From an uncultured Acidobacteriota bacterium (GTDB lineage Bacteria; Acidobacteriota; Terriglobia; Terriglobales; Acidobacteriaceae), in NCBI GenBank assembly GCA_963821145.1, contig CAWGCV010000009.1:36412-100411 (forward strand): 64,000 bases of DNA, given 5' to 3'. Both the position numbers and the translations under genes were made by a program. Positions 47,395 through 57,011 of the stretch are shown in pieces (within the stretch, counting starts at the first letter, position 1; the number at the start of each line of letters is the position of its first letter). The notes below the pieces were generated by a model. That model saw nothing but the letters and a program-made list of their open reading frames with translations. It was not told the origin of the DNA and ran no database searches.

Positions 47395-48552
47395 TTGAAA
47401 CGAATTCGAACGGCAATTTTCGGAACGGGATTCATGGGACGCGTGCATCTGGAGGCGCTGCGCCGCATCGAGGGGGTCGACGTTGTGGCGATCGTGGGAC
47501 GAGAGTTGGCTTCAGCCGAACGCCTCGGCTCCGGATACGGTATCGAGACATTCGATTCCGATTATCGCAACGTGTTGCGCGACCCTAGTATCGACGCCGT
47601 CCACATCTGCACACCCAATGCGCTTCACTTCGCAATGGCAAAAGATGCGCTGCTCGCCGGCAAACATATCCTTTGCGAGAAGCCTCTTTCCACTTCGATT
47701 GAAACGGCTGAAGAACTCGTCAAGCTCGCCCGCGATCGAAATCTGCGCAATTGCGTCTGCCATAATCTGCGCTACTATCCGATGGTGCAGCAAATGCGCC
47801 GCATGCGCGAAGATGGCGATCTCGGCCGCATTCTAATGATCCAGGGCAACTACCTGCAGGATTGGCTGCTGGATGAGTCAGCCTGGAACTGGCGCATCGA
47901 TTCCGAAACCGGTGGACAACTGCGCACCATGGGAGACATTGGAACCCACTGGTTCGATATGGCCGAGCACGTGACGGGACTGCGAGTTCGTTCCCTCTGC
48001 GCCGACCTCGAAACTTTTTATCCGACGCGGCAAAGACCCGCGAAGAATGTGCAAGCTTCCATCGCCCAGCTCTCCACAATGCCGGCCAGCAGCGGTGAGC
48101 AGGTGAAGGTCAAGACAGAAGACTTTGGCGCAGTTGTTTTTCAAATGGACGAGGGCGCGCGTGGCACGATGACGGCCTGCCAGATGGCCGCAGGACGAAA
48201 AAACCAACTTCGAATGGAAATTTTTGGCACCAAAGCGTCGGTCAGTTGGAACCAGGAGCGTCCCGATGAATTGTGGATGGGCCATCGCGACAGCGCCAAC
48301 GGAATCTACATCAAAGACCCCGGTCTGATGAAGGAAAAGGCACGCGGTTATGCGGATCTTCCCTGCGGGCATAGCGAAGGCTATGACGACACCTTTAAGC
48401 AGGTCTTTCGTCGATTTTATGCGTCGATTGAGCAGCCGGACGCGCCGGCGGATTATCCCGAGCTCGTGGACGGGTTGAGGCACATGCTGCTGATGGACGC
48501 CCAGCTGAAAAGTCATCTTTCCAGAAAATGGGTCGACGTTAGAGGCGTCTAA
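47395..48552 (+). CDS. Gfo/Idh/MocA-family NAD(P)-dependent oxidoreductase
   Basis: Rossmann N-terminus IRTAIFGTGFMGRVHLEAL and the EKP motif (HILCEKPLSTS). TTG start preceded by AAGGAG. Confidence 0.85.
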   Translation: MKRIRTAIFGTGFMGRVHLEALRRIEGVDVVAIVGRELASAERLGSGYGIETFDSDYRNVLRDPSIDAVHICTPNALHFAMAKDALLAGKHILCEKPLSTSIETAEELVKLARDRNLRNCVCHNLRYYPMVQQMRRMREDGDLGRILMIQGNYLQDWLLDESAWNWRIDSETGGQLRTMGDIGTHWFDMAEHVTGLRVRSLCADLETFYPTRQRPAKNVQASIAQLSTMPASSGEQVKVKTEDFGAVVFQMDEGARGTMTACQMAAGRKNQLRMEIFGTKASVSWNQERPDELWMGHRDSANGIYIKDPGLMKEKARGYADLPCGHSEGYDDTFKQVFRRFYASIEQPDAPADYPELVDGLRHMLLMDAQLKSHLSRKWVDVRGV

Positions 48553-48714
48553 ACACGAATATGGGGGCGAGGTTTCCCGTCGGTCTCTCACCGCCCGAAA
48601 TTCCGCATCCCATGGAACACGCGAGACGCCCCCTCCATTTTCCATCCTGCGCATGCCAGCCCTGTATGCAGTAAAACCGCAGCGGACGCGGCCTGCATCC
48701 AACAGTGCGGCGGT

Positions 48715-51700
48715 ATGAGAAGCAAAGAGGATGCACATTCGGTTCGACTTCGTGCGAGTGCGCATTGTGGCGTCCGCGTTTCCTCTGACCCTAAATCGCT
48801 TCGGGTTACGAAATGGTGCGCCATCGTACTCATCGCACTGGGATTTGTAGCTCCCTCCGCCATGCTTGCGCAGGCAAACAGTGAACCACCCAAAACATCC
48901 CCGCAGACGATCGACATTTTGCCGTCGTACGAGGGACAGAATGTCACCACGATTGAAGCTGCGGGTCAGCCGGATTTGCGCACCAGCCAGTTCGCGTCCA
49001 GCATTGCTCAACATTCCGGCGAACCATTTTCAACGGAAAAACTGAACGCGACCATCGCCAATTTGAAACGCACCGGAAAATTCAAAGCGATCCGACTCCA
49101 GGTATCTCCCGAGGCAAACGGCGTGCGCGTGTTGATGGTTTTGGAGCCTGCATACTACTTCGGAATTTATCAATTTCCAGGAGCCGAGCGCTTCGCGTAT
49201 TCTCGCTTGGTGCAAGTGACGAACTATCCTCCAGAAGCAGCGTACAACGCCGATGACATTCGACAATCCACGACCAAGCTCATCACTTTTTTTCGACAGG
49301 AAGGATACTTCCTCGCCACGGTCGAACCTGAAACGCGCGTCGATGCAGCCCACAAACTGGTCAATGTCATCTTCCATGTAACGCTGAACCGGCGGAGCAA
49401 ATTTGGCCAGATCGACATTGCCGGCACATCGCCACAGCAAACCGCAAGGCTGAGCCAAGATCTTCAAACATTTTGGGCGCGCCTCCGCGGAGCGGCAATC
49501 CGTCCAGGGAAAAACTATCGCCGCAAAACACTGACCAACGCTTCGCGGTATCTGGAGAATAAGCTAGCCAAGCAGGGTTACTTGAATGCGCACGTCAAGC
49601 TTTCTGGGGCGGAATACATCGCTGCCACCAATCGCGCAGATATACATTTTGATGTTGATACCGGTCCCGTCATCAACGTGAAGATCGAGGGTGCACACTT
49701 GTGGAGTTGGACGCGCACGTCACTTCTACCCGTGTACCAGGGGATCGGCGTGGACGATGAAGTTGTCCAGGAGGGCAATCAGTACATGATCTCCTACTTT
49801 CAGTCCAAAGGCTATTTCGACGCTAAGGTAGAATCGCGGTTTCAGAAAGGACCTTCCGGCGATACCATCGTGTACCAAATCGTGAAGGGCACAAAACACA
49901 AGGTGGAAGCGGTACAGCTCACTGGAAATCGACCTGGGACTTCTCAGAGAATGATGCCTTTTGTCACCGTGAAGAAGGCCCAGTTTTTCTCTCGTGGTAA
50001 ATACAGTGAGTCCCTGGTCCGCAGTAGCACAAGAAATCTCACCAACGTTTATAAGTCAGAGGGATTCAGCGAAGTCAAAGTCACTCCGGCAGTGGTGAAT
50101 AACGGAAAGAATGTTCGGGTCACATTTCACATTCAGCCAGGGCCCCGAGACGTGGTCAGTTCCCTGCAGATAGTCGGCGCGAAAACCTTGACGGAGGCCC
50201 AATTTGCTCCCAAGGGCCTGCAACTGGGCCCGGGTAAACCCTACTCGCAAAGGCTTGTCCAGACGGACCGCAACAATATTCTCGCCCGCTATCTTGAACT
50301 GGGATATTTGACTGCAACCTTTCGGGAGACCGCGAAATCCGTTTCAAAGAATGAGTCGCATCACATCGATGTCACCTACCACATCTATGAGGGACCCCAA
50401 GTCTTCACCGCCGACGCGCTCACGCTGGGACGTAAACATACACAGCAGCGACTGATCAATCGAGATGTCGCGTCCATCCAGCCGAATCAGCCGCTGACCG
50501 AAACCAAGCTTCTCACCTCTGAGAGCACACTCTACAACAACACGGGTGTCTTCGACTGGGCAGAGGTCGATCCCAGGCGACAGATTACAACGCAGACAAA
50601 AGAAGATGTACTCGTCAAGGTGCATGAGGCGAAAAGAAATCAGATCACGTATGGTTTCGGTTTCGAATTGGTGAATCGCGGAGGAAATATTCCCAGCGGT
50701 ACCGTTGCGATTCCTACCCTCCCGCCGATCGGATTGCCGTCGAACTTTACGACCAGCGAGAAAACGTATTATGGTCCGCGAGCTACGTTCGAGTACACGC
50801 GCAATAATATGCGCGGCAAGGGGGAGTCCCTCTCCTTAACTGCGTTTGCCGGCAGATTGGACCAGCGCGGAGGAGCCTACTACATTGACCCCAACTTCTT
50901 ATGGTCAAAGTGGACATCGACCTTGGCGTTGACTGCTGAGCACGATGGCGAAAATCCGATCTTTTCCTCGCAACAGGAAGTGGCCAGCTATCAGATTCAG
51001 AGGCCGCTCGACAAAGAGAAAAAGGATATTTTTTTCTTGCGGTACAGCTATAGCAAAACTGACTTAACTAACATCGAGATCCCGGAGCTGGTTCCACCGG
51101 AGGACCAACACATTCGTCTCTCGACAGTTTCAGCCAGCTTCACCCACGACACTCGCGACAATATTCTGGACGCTCACAAGGGATTGCTTCAGAGTGAGGA
51201 AATCGATTTCAATTCGACAAAGTTGGGTTCGAATGTGGATTTTGCCAAGTTGACAACGCAAACTGCCTACTACAAAAAAATCATGCACAACATTATCTGG
51301 GCGAACAGCATTCGTATCGGATTGGCCCAGCCGTTTTCCGGCAGTTTCGTTCCGCTGAGCGAGGCGTTTTTCAGCGGCGGCGGCAGCACCTTGCGAGGCT
51401 TTCCACTGGATAGCGCCGGACCTCAGCGAGCGGTGGAGGTCTGCAGTACGGGCTCGTCTACCGACTGCACCTATATTCAAGTACCGAACGGCGGCAACGA
51501 ACTCCTCATCCTTAATTCAGAATTTCGCATTCCTGTGCCGATCAAAAAGAATCTTGGCATGGCAGTTTTTTATGATGGCGGCAACGTATTTCCCAATGTC
51601 GGCTTCCATGACTTTACATCGCTGTATTCGAATAACGTCGGCGCGGGATTGCGCTACGCCACTCCCGTCGGCCCGATTCGCTTCGACGTTGGGCGCAACC

Positions 51701-51762
51701 TGAATCCTGTACCCGGGATCTCGGCAACTCAGTATTTCATCAGTATTGGACAGGCTTTCTAA
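48715..51762 (+). CDS. Omp85-family outer-membrane assembly protein (TamA/BamA-like) with an extended multi-POTRA N-terminus
   Basis: 1015 aa with a signal peptide (IVLIALGFVAPSAMLAQA). Repeated POTRA-like units. Barrel motifs FFSGGGSTLRGF and a terminal ..YFISIGQAF. It is directly followed by tamB. Confidence 0.85.
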   Translation: MRSKEDAHSVRLRASAHCGVRVSSDPKSLRVTKWCAIVLIALGFVAPSAMLAQANSEPPKTSPQTIDILPSYEGQNVTTIEAAGQPDLRTSQFASSIAQHSGEPFSTEKLNATIANLKRTGKFKAIRLQVSPEANGVRVLMVLEPAYYFGIYQFPGAERFAYSRLVQVTNYPPEAAYNADDIRQSTTKLITFFRQEGYFLATVEPETRVDAAHKLVNVIFHVTLNRRSKFGQIDIAGTSPQQTARLSQDLQTFWARLRGAAIRPGKNYRRKTLTNASRYLENKLAKQGYLNAHVKLSGAEYIAATNRADIHFDVDTGPVINVKIEGAHLWSWTRTSLLPVYQGIGVDDEVVQEGNQYMISYFQSKGYFDAKVESRFQKGPSGDTIVYQIVKGTKHKVEAVQLTGNRPGTSQRMMPFVTVKKAQFFSRGKYSESLVRSSTRNLTNVYKSEGFSEVKVTPAVVNNGKNVRVTFHIQPGPRDVVSSLQIVGAKTLTEAQFAPKGLQLGPGKPYSQRLVQTDRNNILARYLELGYLTATFRETAKSVSKNESHHIDVTYHIYEGPQVFTADALTLGRKHTQQRLINRDVASIQPNQPLTETKLLTSESTLYNNTGVFDWAEVDPRRQITTQTKEDVLVKVHEAKRNQITYGFGFELVNRGGNIPSGTVAIPTLPPIGLPSNFTTSEKTYYGPRATFEYTRNNMRGKGESLSLTAFAGRLDQRGGAYYIDPNFLWSKWTSTLALTAEHDGENPIFSSQQEVASYQIQRPLDKEKKDIFFLRYSYSKTDLTNIEIPELVPPEDQHIRLSTVSASFTHDTRDNILDAHKGLLQSEEIDFNSTKLGSNVDFAKLTTQTAYYKKIMHNIIWANSIRIGLAQPFSGSFVPLSEAFFSGGGSTLRGFPLDSAGPQRAVEVCSTGSSTDCTYIQVPNGGNELLILNSEFRIPVPIKKNLGMAVFYDGGNVFPNVGFHDFTSLYSNNVGAGLRYATPVGPIRFDVGRNLNPVPGISATQYFISIGQAF

Positions 51763-54700
51763 GAGGACTACAGTGACTTCTCGAACAGTTCCTCCCGAAC
51801 ACGACAATGACATGAAGCAACGCGGGTTGTGGAGGAGAGTTGTACCGTGGGTCGCGGGCGGCATCGTTCTTGTCATCCCGTCGCTTTTGGTTGCGGTCGT
51901 CGCGCTGATGCACAACGGTCGCTTCCATGAGTACTTGCTGCACAAGGCAGATCAAATTGCGAGCGAGAGGCTCGGGACTCAAGTCACATTACAGAATTTC
52001 TCGATTCACTTATCCGACCTTAGTGTGGACTTATATGGGCTGACCATCGATGGCGCTGCCCCATACTCCACCCCACCGTTGTTGCAGGTACAACATATTG
52101 GGCTCGACTTCCGCGTTATCTCGATCTGGAACAGGAAATGGTATTTCGAAAACATCCGCGCCGACAATCCGATCGTGCGAATTTTGACTGATGCCCGTGG
52201 GATTTCGAACCTGCCAGCTGTAAAAAGTACCTCAAGCTCCCAAACCAATATCTATCAGCTAGGCGTCCGCAATGCATCCTTGCATCAAGGGGAGTTGTAC
52301 GTCGATGACAAGAAGATCCCTCTCGACGCCCAATTGCGTGACGTAAACTTTGCCTCGTCCTTCGATACCGCGAAACAGTCCTATTCGGGTTCACTGAGTT
52401 ATCGTGACGGTCAATTGCAGTTTGGCTCGTTCAATCCGATTCCTCATAACCTGGACGCTCAATTTACAGCCACTGCGATTAACTTCGAATTGGCGAACGC
52501 GAAGATCGACAGCGGCTCCTCCGCATTCAACGCGACAGCGACACTTACCAACTATGCTGACCCAACCGTCACCGCACAGTACAACGCGATTCTCGACGGC
52601 ACTGCTGCTCGACAGATCCTCAAGAATACTTCAATCCCTTCCGGTATCGTCGCCACTCGGGGCTCCGTCCAATATCATCACTCTTCCCAATTGCCGTTCC
52701 TCGATTCGCTAACAATCGACGGATCACTCACAAGTGGTCAACTCGAAGTGCGCGAGAAACAAATTCGAACCCAAGTGCGCGATGTTGCCGCCCACTACTC
52801 GCTCAAGAATGGAGATTTGAGTATTCAGCAGGCACGCGCAAATCTGCTCGGCGGCGCAGCCAATGGCGACATCGTCATTCGCAACATCAGCGGCAACTCA
52901 CGAGGGTTGCTGAACGTCTCGATGCGCGGAATTTCGATGGCACAAGCGCAGCAGCTTATCGCCCACGTCGCGGCCACACACGACGTGGCACTCCGCGGAG
53001 CCTTGAACGGCACCGTCCAGGCCAATTGGGGACGCACACTCGACGATCTGATAGCTCAAACCAATCTGTCGATCCGCGGAGATGTTTCCAGCCTTCACGC
53101 GGAACAACGCAACGCAAACGCGCTCCCCATCTCTGGAGTAGTCCATGGAACCTATTTAGCTGCGAGTCAGCAAATCAAACTCATCAACAGTTACCTCCAG
53201 ATGCCGCAGAGCTCGCTCACAGTGAATGGCACGGTAAGCCAGCGATCTAGCCTGGCGGTGCATTTCAAATCGAGCGACCTGGCCGAACTTCAAAAGCTCG
53301 CCGAAGCCTTTCGTCCGGACGTCACTGGCGACTCAAGCGATCTCGGTCCAGGCGGAACGGTTTCGTTCGATGGAACGATCAACGGATCCGCTTCGTCACC
53401 TCACGTTGCAGGCCAACTGATCGCATCCAATCTTCAAATCCACGGCACGCAATGGCGATCGCTCCATACCAGTGTGGAAGCAAGTCCTTCACAGGTGAGC
53501 TTGGAGCATGGAACGTTAGTTCCAGAGCCCCACGGAAGCATTGATTTCTCTGGCAGTGTCACACTGCATGAGTGGTCGTTCACAAAGGAAAATCCGATCC
53601 AACTTGAACTCGACGCCAAACAGATCGACCTCGTCGATATAACCAAGCTCGTCAGTTCGAGCCTGCCCGTTGAAGGAACATTGGCGGCAAATATACACCT
53701 CCGCGGAACCGTCCTGAATCCGATCGGCCACGGAAACATCTCCCTGACCAACGCGACGGCTTATGAACAACCGATCCGATCCGCCAATTTGAACTTCACC
53801 GGATCTGACGGGCAGGTTCAAGGCAATCTCTCCGCCCACATCGCTGCCGGAACCGTGCAAACTGCATTCAGCTTTCGTCCCGATCAAAAGAGCTATACCG
53901 TGAAGCTGACGGCGACCGGCATTGTCTTGGCCAAACTTGAAATTCTCCAGGCCCATCATGTTGAAGCCAACGGTACCGTCAACTTGAATGCAAGCGGTGA
54001 AGGCCTGCTCAATAATCCACAGTTCACCGCAACGTTGCAGACTTCGAAGTTGGAGATCAGCCACCAGCCAATCGATGGATTGGCATTGCATGCTTCGGTC
54101 TCAAATCATGTTGCAACGGCGGATCTCACCTCACGGGCGATCCATAGCTCGATTCGTGCGCACGCAAAGATTAACCTCACAGGCGACTTCGCTGCGGATG
54201 CAACGCTCGACACGCAGTCGATCCCATTGCAGCCATTGCTCGCCACGTACGCACCAGATCAGGCCTCTAACCTGGGTGGAACGACCCAGGTCCATGCGAC
54301 GCTGCAGGGCCCGCTGAAAGCCTGGAAGCAGCTGGAGATCCGCGCCACGTTGCCCGAACTGAAAGTGAACTACGGCGATTCAGTCCAGCTTGCTGCGGCA
54401 TCTCCCATTCATGTCGACTATACCCATGGCGTGATTGCTCTCCAAAAAGCTTCTATTCGCGGGACTGACACAGATTTGCAAATCCAGGGAACCATTCCAA
54501 CCGTCGGCGATGGCCCTATCCAGTTGCTGCTCCTTGGAACGATGAATCTGCAAATTGCGCAGCTGCTTGACCCGGACTACAAGAGTTCCGGAGAGCTGCG
54601 TTTCAACATCAATTCCTATGGAGCGAGAACCGACCCCAACATTGAAGGAGAGGTGGATGTGGTCGACGCCAATTTCTACGGCGGTGACCTGCCGCTTGGG

Positions 54701-55783
54701 ATTCAGCACGGCAACGGAGTCTTAACCCTGACGAAGAATCGACTCAACATTAAAACATTCAAGGCCAACTCCGGTGGCGGAACTGTAACTGCGCAGGGAG
54801 GAGTTACATTCCGCCCGTCAATTCAATTTGACCTGGGAGTCGCCGCGGAAGATATCCGCATGCTCTATCCGCAAGGCGTTCGTGAGGAGTTGGGTGGCGA
54901 CGTTCGCCTGGTGGGAAATACTGACAATGCTTTACTCAGCGGTCGAGTTCAAATTGAAAATTTGTCCTTTACTCCCGACTTTGATTTAACCAGCTTCACC
55001 AGCCAGCTATCGGGGGGCATATCTCCGCCGCCGTCGCAGGGGTTTTCGCAGAATACTCGAATGAACGTGGCGATCAGCTCCATCAATAACCTGAATCTAG
55101 TGAGTCGCACGCTGAGCGTGGACGGAACCGCCAACTTGCAAGTGCGCGGAACCGTCGCCCAGCCGGTGATTCTGGGCCGCGTCAATCTAACGAATGGAGA
55201 TTTGATCTTCAACGGCAATCGCTTCACCGTCAGCGGAGGAACCGTTCAATTCGTCAACCCGTCCGAAACGCAACCCGTGGTCAACCTTGCCCTGAACACG
55301 ACCATCCAGCAATACAACATTCATCTGCGCTTCAATGGTCCCGTGGATCAACTGCGCACAAACTACACCTCAGATCCGTCGCTACCCGCTGCGGACATCA
55401 TTAACCTACTCGCATTTGGCGAGACAACCGAGGCCAGTGCCAACAGTCCTGCGACACCGACAAATCAGGCGGCGATGGGGTTGGTCGCTTCTCAGGTCAG
55501 TAGTCAAATCACCAGCCGTGTTGCGAAGATTGCCGGCATCTCACAGCTCTCCATTAATCCAGTATTAGCCGGCGGAAGCATTCAGGGGCCTTCCGGAGCT
55601 GTGGTCACGATTCAGCAACGAGTCACTGGCAATCTCTTTGTCACCTTCTCTACGAACGTCGCCACCACGCAGAATCAGGTGATCATGGGGCAGTACAACG
55701 TGTCTCCCCGACTGTCGTTCAGTGTGACCCGGGACCAAAATGGAGGAGTCGCCTTCGACACTCTGCTGAAGAAAAAATGGTAG
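51746..55783 (+). CDS. tamB: Translocation and assembly module protein TamB (AsmA-like, DUF490 C-terminus)
   Basis: 1345 aa. N-terminal membrane anchor (WRRVVPWVAGGIVLVIPSLLVAVVALM), then a long beta-rich Ser/Thr/Asn/Gly-rich body. It is paired with the Omp85 gene. ATG 51812 is the likely start. Confidence 0.8.
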   Translation: MDRLSKRTTVTSRTVPPEHDNDMKQRGLWRRVVPWVAGGIVLVIPSLLVAVVALMHNGRFHEYLLHKADQIASERLGTQVTLQNFSIHLSDLSVDLYGLTIDGAAPYSTPPLLQVQHIGLDFRVISIWNRKWYFENIRADNPIVRILTDARGISNLPAVKSTSSSQTNIYQLGVRNASLHQGELYVDDKKIPLDAQLRDVNFASSFDTAKQSYSGSLSYRDGQLQFGSFNPIPHNLDAQFTATAINFELANAKIDSGSSAFNATATLTNYADPTVTAQYNAILDGTAARQILKNTSIPSGIVATRGSVQYHHSSQLPFLDSLTIDGSLTSGQLEVREKQIRTQVRDVAAHYSLKNGDLSIQQARANLLGGAANGDIVIRNISGNSRGLLNVSMRGISMAQAQQLIAHVAATHDVALRGALNGTVQANWGRTLDDLIAQTNLSIRGDVSSLHAEQRNANALPISGVVHGTYLAASQQIKLINSYLQMPQSSLTVNGTVSQRSSLAVHFKSSDLAELQKLAEAFRPDVTGDSSDLGPGGTVSFDGTINGSASSPHVAGQLIASNLQIHGTQWRSLHTSVEASPSQVSLEHGTLVPEPHGSIDFSGSVTLHEWSFTKENPIQLELDAKQIDLVDITKLVSSSLPVEGTLAANIHLRGTVLNPIGHGNISLTNATAYEQPIRSANLNFTGSDGQVQGNLSAHIAAGTVQTAFSFRPDQKSYTVKLTATGIVLAKLEILQAHHVEANGTVNLNASGEGLLNNPQFTATLQTSKLEISHQPIDGLALHASVSNHVATADLTSRAIHSSIRAHAKINLTGDFAADATLDTQSIPLQPLLATYAPDQASNLGGTTQVHATLQGPLKAWKQLEIRATLPELKVNYGDSVQLAAASPIHVDYTHGVIALQKASIRGTDTDLQIQGTIPTVGDGPIQLLLLGTMNLQIAQLLDPDYKSSGELRFNINSYGARTDPNIEGEVDVVDANFYGGDLPLGIQHGNGVLTLTKNRLNIKTFKANSGGGTVTAQGGVTFRPSIQFDLGVAAEDIRMLYPQGVREELGGDVRLVGNTDNALLSGRVQIENLSFTPDFDLTSFTSQLSGGISPPPSQGFSQNTRMNVAISSINNLNLVSRTLSVDGTANLQVRGTVAQPVILGRVNLTNGDLIFNGNRFTVSGGTVQFVNPSETQPVVNLALNTTIQQYNIHLRFNGPVDQLRTNYTSDPSLPAADIINLLAFGETTEASANSPATPTNQAAMGLVASQVSSQITSRVAKIAGISQLSINPVLAGGSIQGPSGAVVTIQQRVTGNLFVTFSTNVATTQNQVIMGQYNVSPRLSFSVTRDQNGGVAFDTLLKKKW

Positions 55784-55852
55784 CCACAGCAGTGCAACTG
55801 GCACATCAACTCCTCAGATTGCAGGGCCGTTTTCAGCCGCATTTCGGCGGAT

Positions 55853-56786
55853 CTAAAGTCGAATCCAACCTGCCCGAATCGCCAGCAGCGAAGCGGTTGC
55901 AATGACCGCCCACAGGCACACACCCTGAAGAAACGGACGAACACCAACTCGGCGAATTGTGTTTTTCGATAGCCCTGTGCCAATCAGGAACAACACCACG
56001 GTAAGACCAATTTTGCCCAGGTGACTCAGCACCGGATAGATCGTCGGCTCCCGCAGGAATGTACGTCTTCGCCACGGCCGCCAGGCAGAACAGCAGAATG
56101 AACCACGGCCACTTGATGCGCGTTTTGCTTTTCGTGGCATACGCCGTCACCATCGACACCGGGATAATCCACAGTGCTCTCGCCAGCTTTACTGTTGTTC
56201 CAATCTGCAGTGCTTGCGCTCCGTATTTCGCGGCTGCACCCACCACCGAACTGGTATCGTGAATGGCCAACGCTGCCCACAGACCAAACTGCGTCTGGGT
56301 CATATGGAGTGCGAAACCAATCGCGGGAAAGAGTAGAAGGGCGACGGAGTTGAGAACGAAGACTGTTCCCAGCGACATCGCCATTTCCTCTTCATCCGGA
56401 TGGGTAATCGATGAGATCGCGGCAATGGCGCTGCCTCCGCAGATGGCCGTACCCGCAGTGATCAGAAACGAGGCCTTCTTCGTCACTCCGAGCAGACGGC
56501 CTAACGCCCACCCAAGCAACATGGCAACGGTGATGCTGATCGCAGTGTAAGCAAATCCGGCACGGCCTGCGTGAATCACCTGGCGCAGGTTCATCCCGAA
56601 TCCCAACGCAACTACCGCGGCTTGCAACAGAAAGTGAGATAGATTTCTGCTGTCCAAATGGTAGGGATGAGGGAAGGTGAACCCATAGGCGATCCCGGCA
56701 ACCAGTGCAACGGCTGGCGACACGATTCCGCTCGCGGTCAAAATCAGCCCAATAAAAAAAATCGTCTTCGAATTCAGCGAATTCAA
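55853..56786 (-). pseudogene. yeiH: YeiH/UPF0324-family membrane transporter (putative sulfate exporter family), split by a 1-nt frameshift (or assembly error)
   Basis: ORF 55833-56786 is YeiH-like up to ..WPWFILLFCLAAVAKTY and then becomes non-membrane junk. ORF 55853-56140 supplies the expected C-terminus ..FLREPTIYPVLSHLGKIGLTVVLFLIGTGLS..VRPFLQGVCLWAVIA... Coding-strand ACG TAC A TTC CTG (about 56058-56063) needs one base skipped. Confidence 0.8.
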
Positions 56787-56959
56787 CGGTTCCTCCAGTC
56801 TTTAGTCTCCCGACGGCAGAGACGCTAGTCCAAGAGGAACTTCTTATCGCGAATTCCTTCTGCTTATACCTGCACAAATCCACAATGCATCGCGAGATCG
56901 GCCTGATCCACGACATTCTGAGACAATCGAGAGGATTGCTCGTGGCGCTTCCGAAGCGA

Positions 56960-56977
56960 GCCCAAATGGATTTGGGC
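56960..56977. promoter_or_regulatory. Inverted repeat GCCCAAA-TGGA-TTTGGGC in the yeiH/LysR divergent region
   Basis: Perfect 7-bp arms, 35 nt upstream of the LysR-family gene start. Compatible with a LysR-type dyad (T-N11-A style) or a 5'-UTR hairpin. Confidence 0.3.
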
Positions 56978-57011
56978 GGACTAGACTTCGCGCGACCGAG
57001 ATGACCTTGCG

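Noticed and set aside
47878-49014. 378-aa minus-strand ORF
   Set aside because: It is antisense to two well-supported plus-strand genes (the Gfo/Idh/MocA oxidoreductase and the Omp85 protein). Its translation is Arg/Gly/Cys-rich with no recognisable motif. This is a typical shadow ORF in GC-rich DNA.
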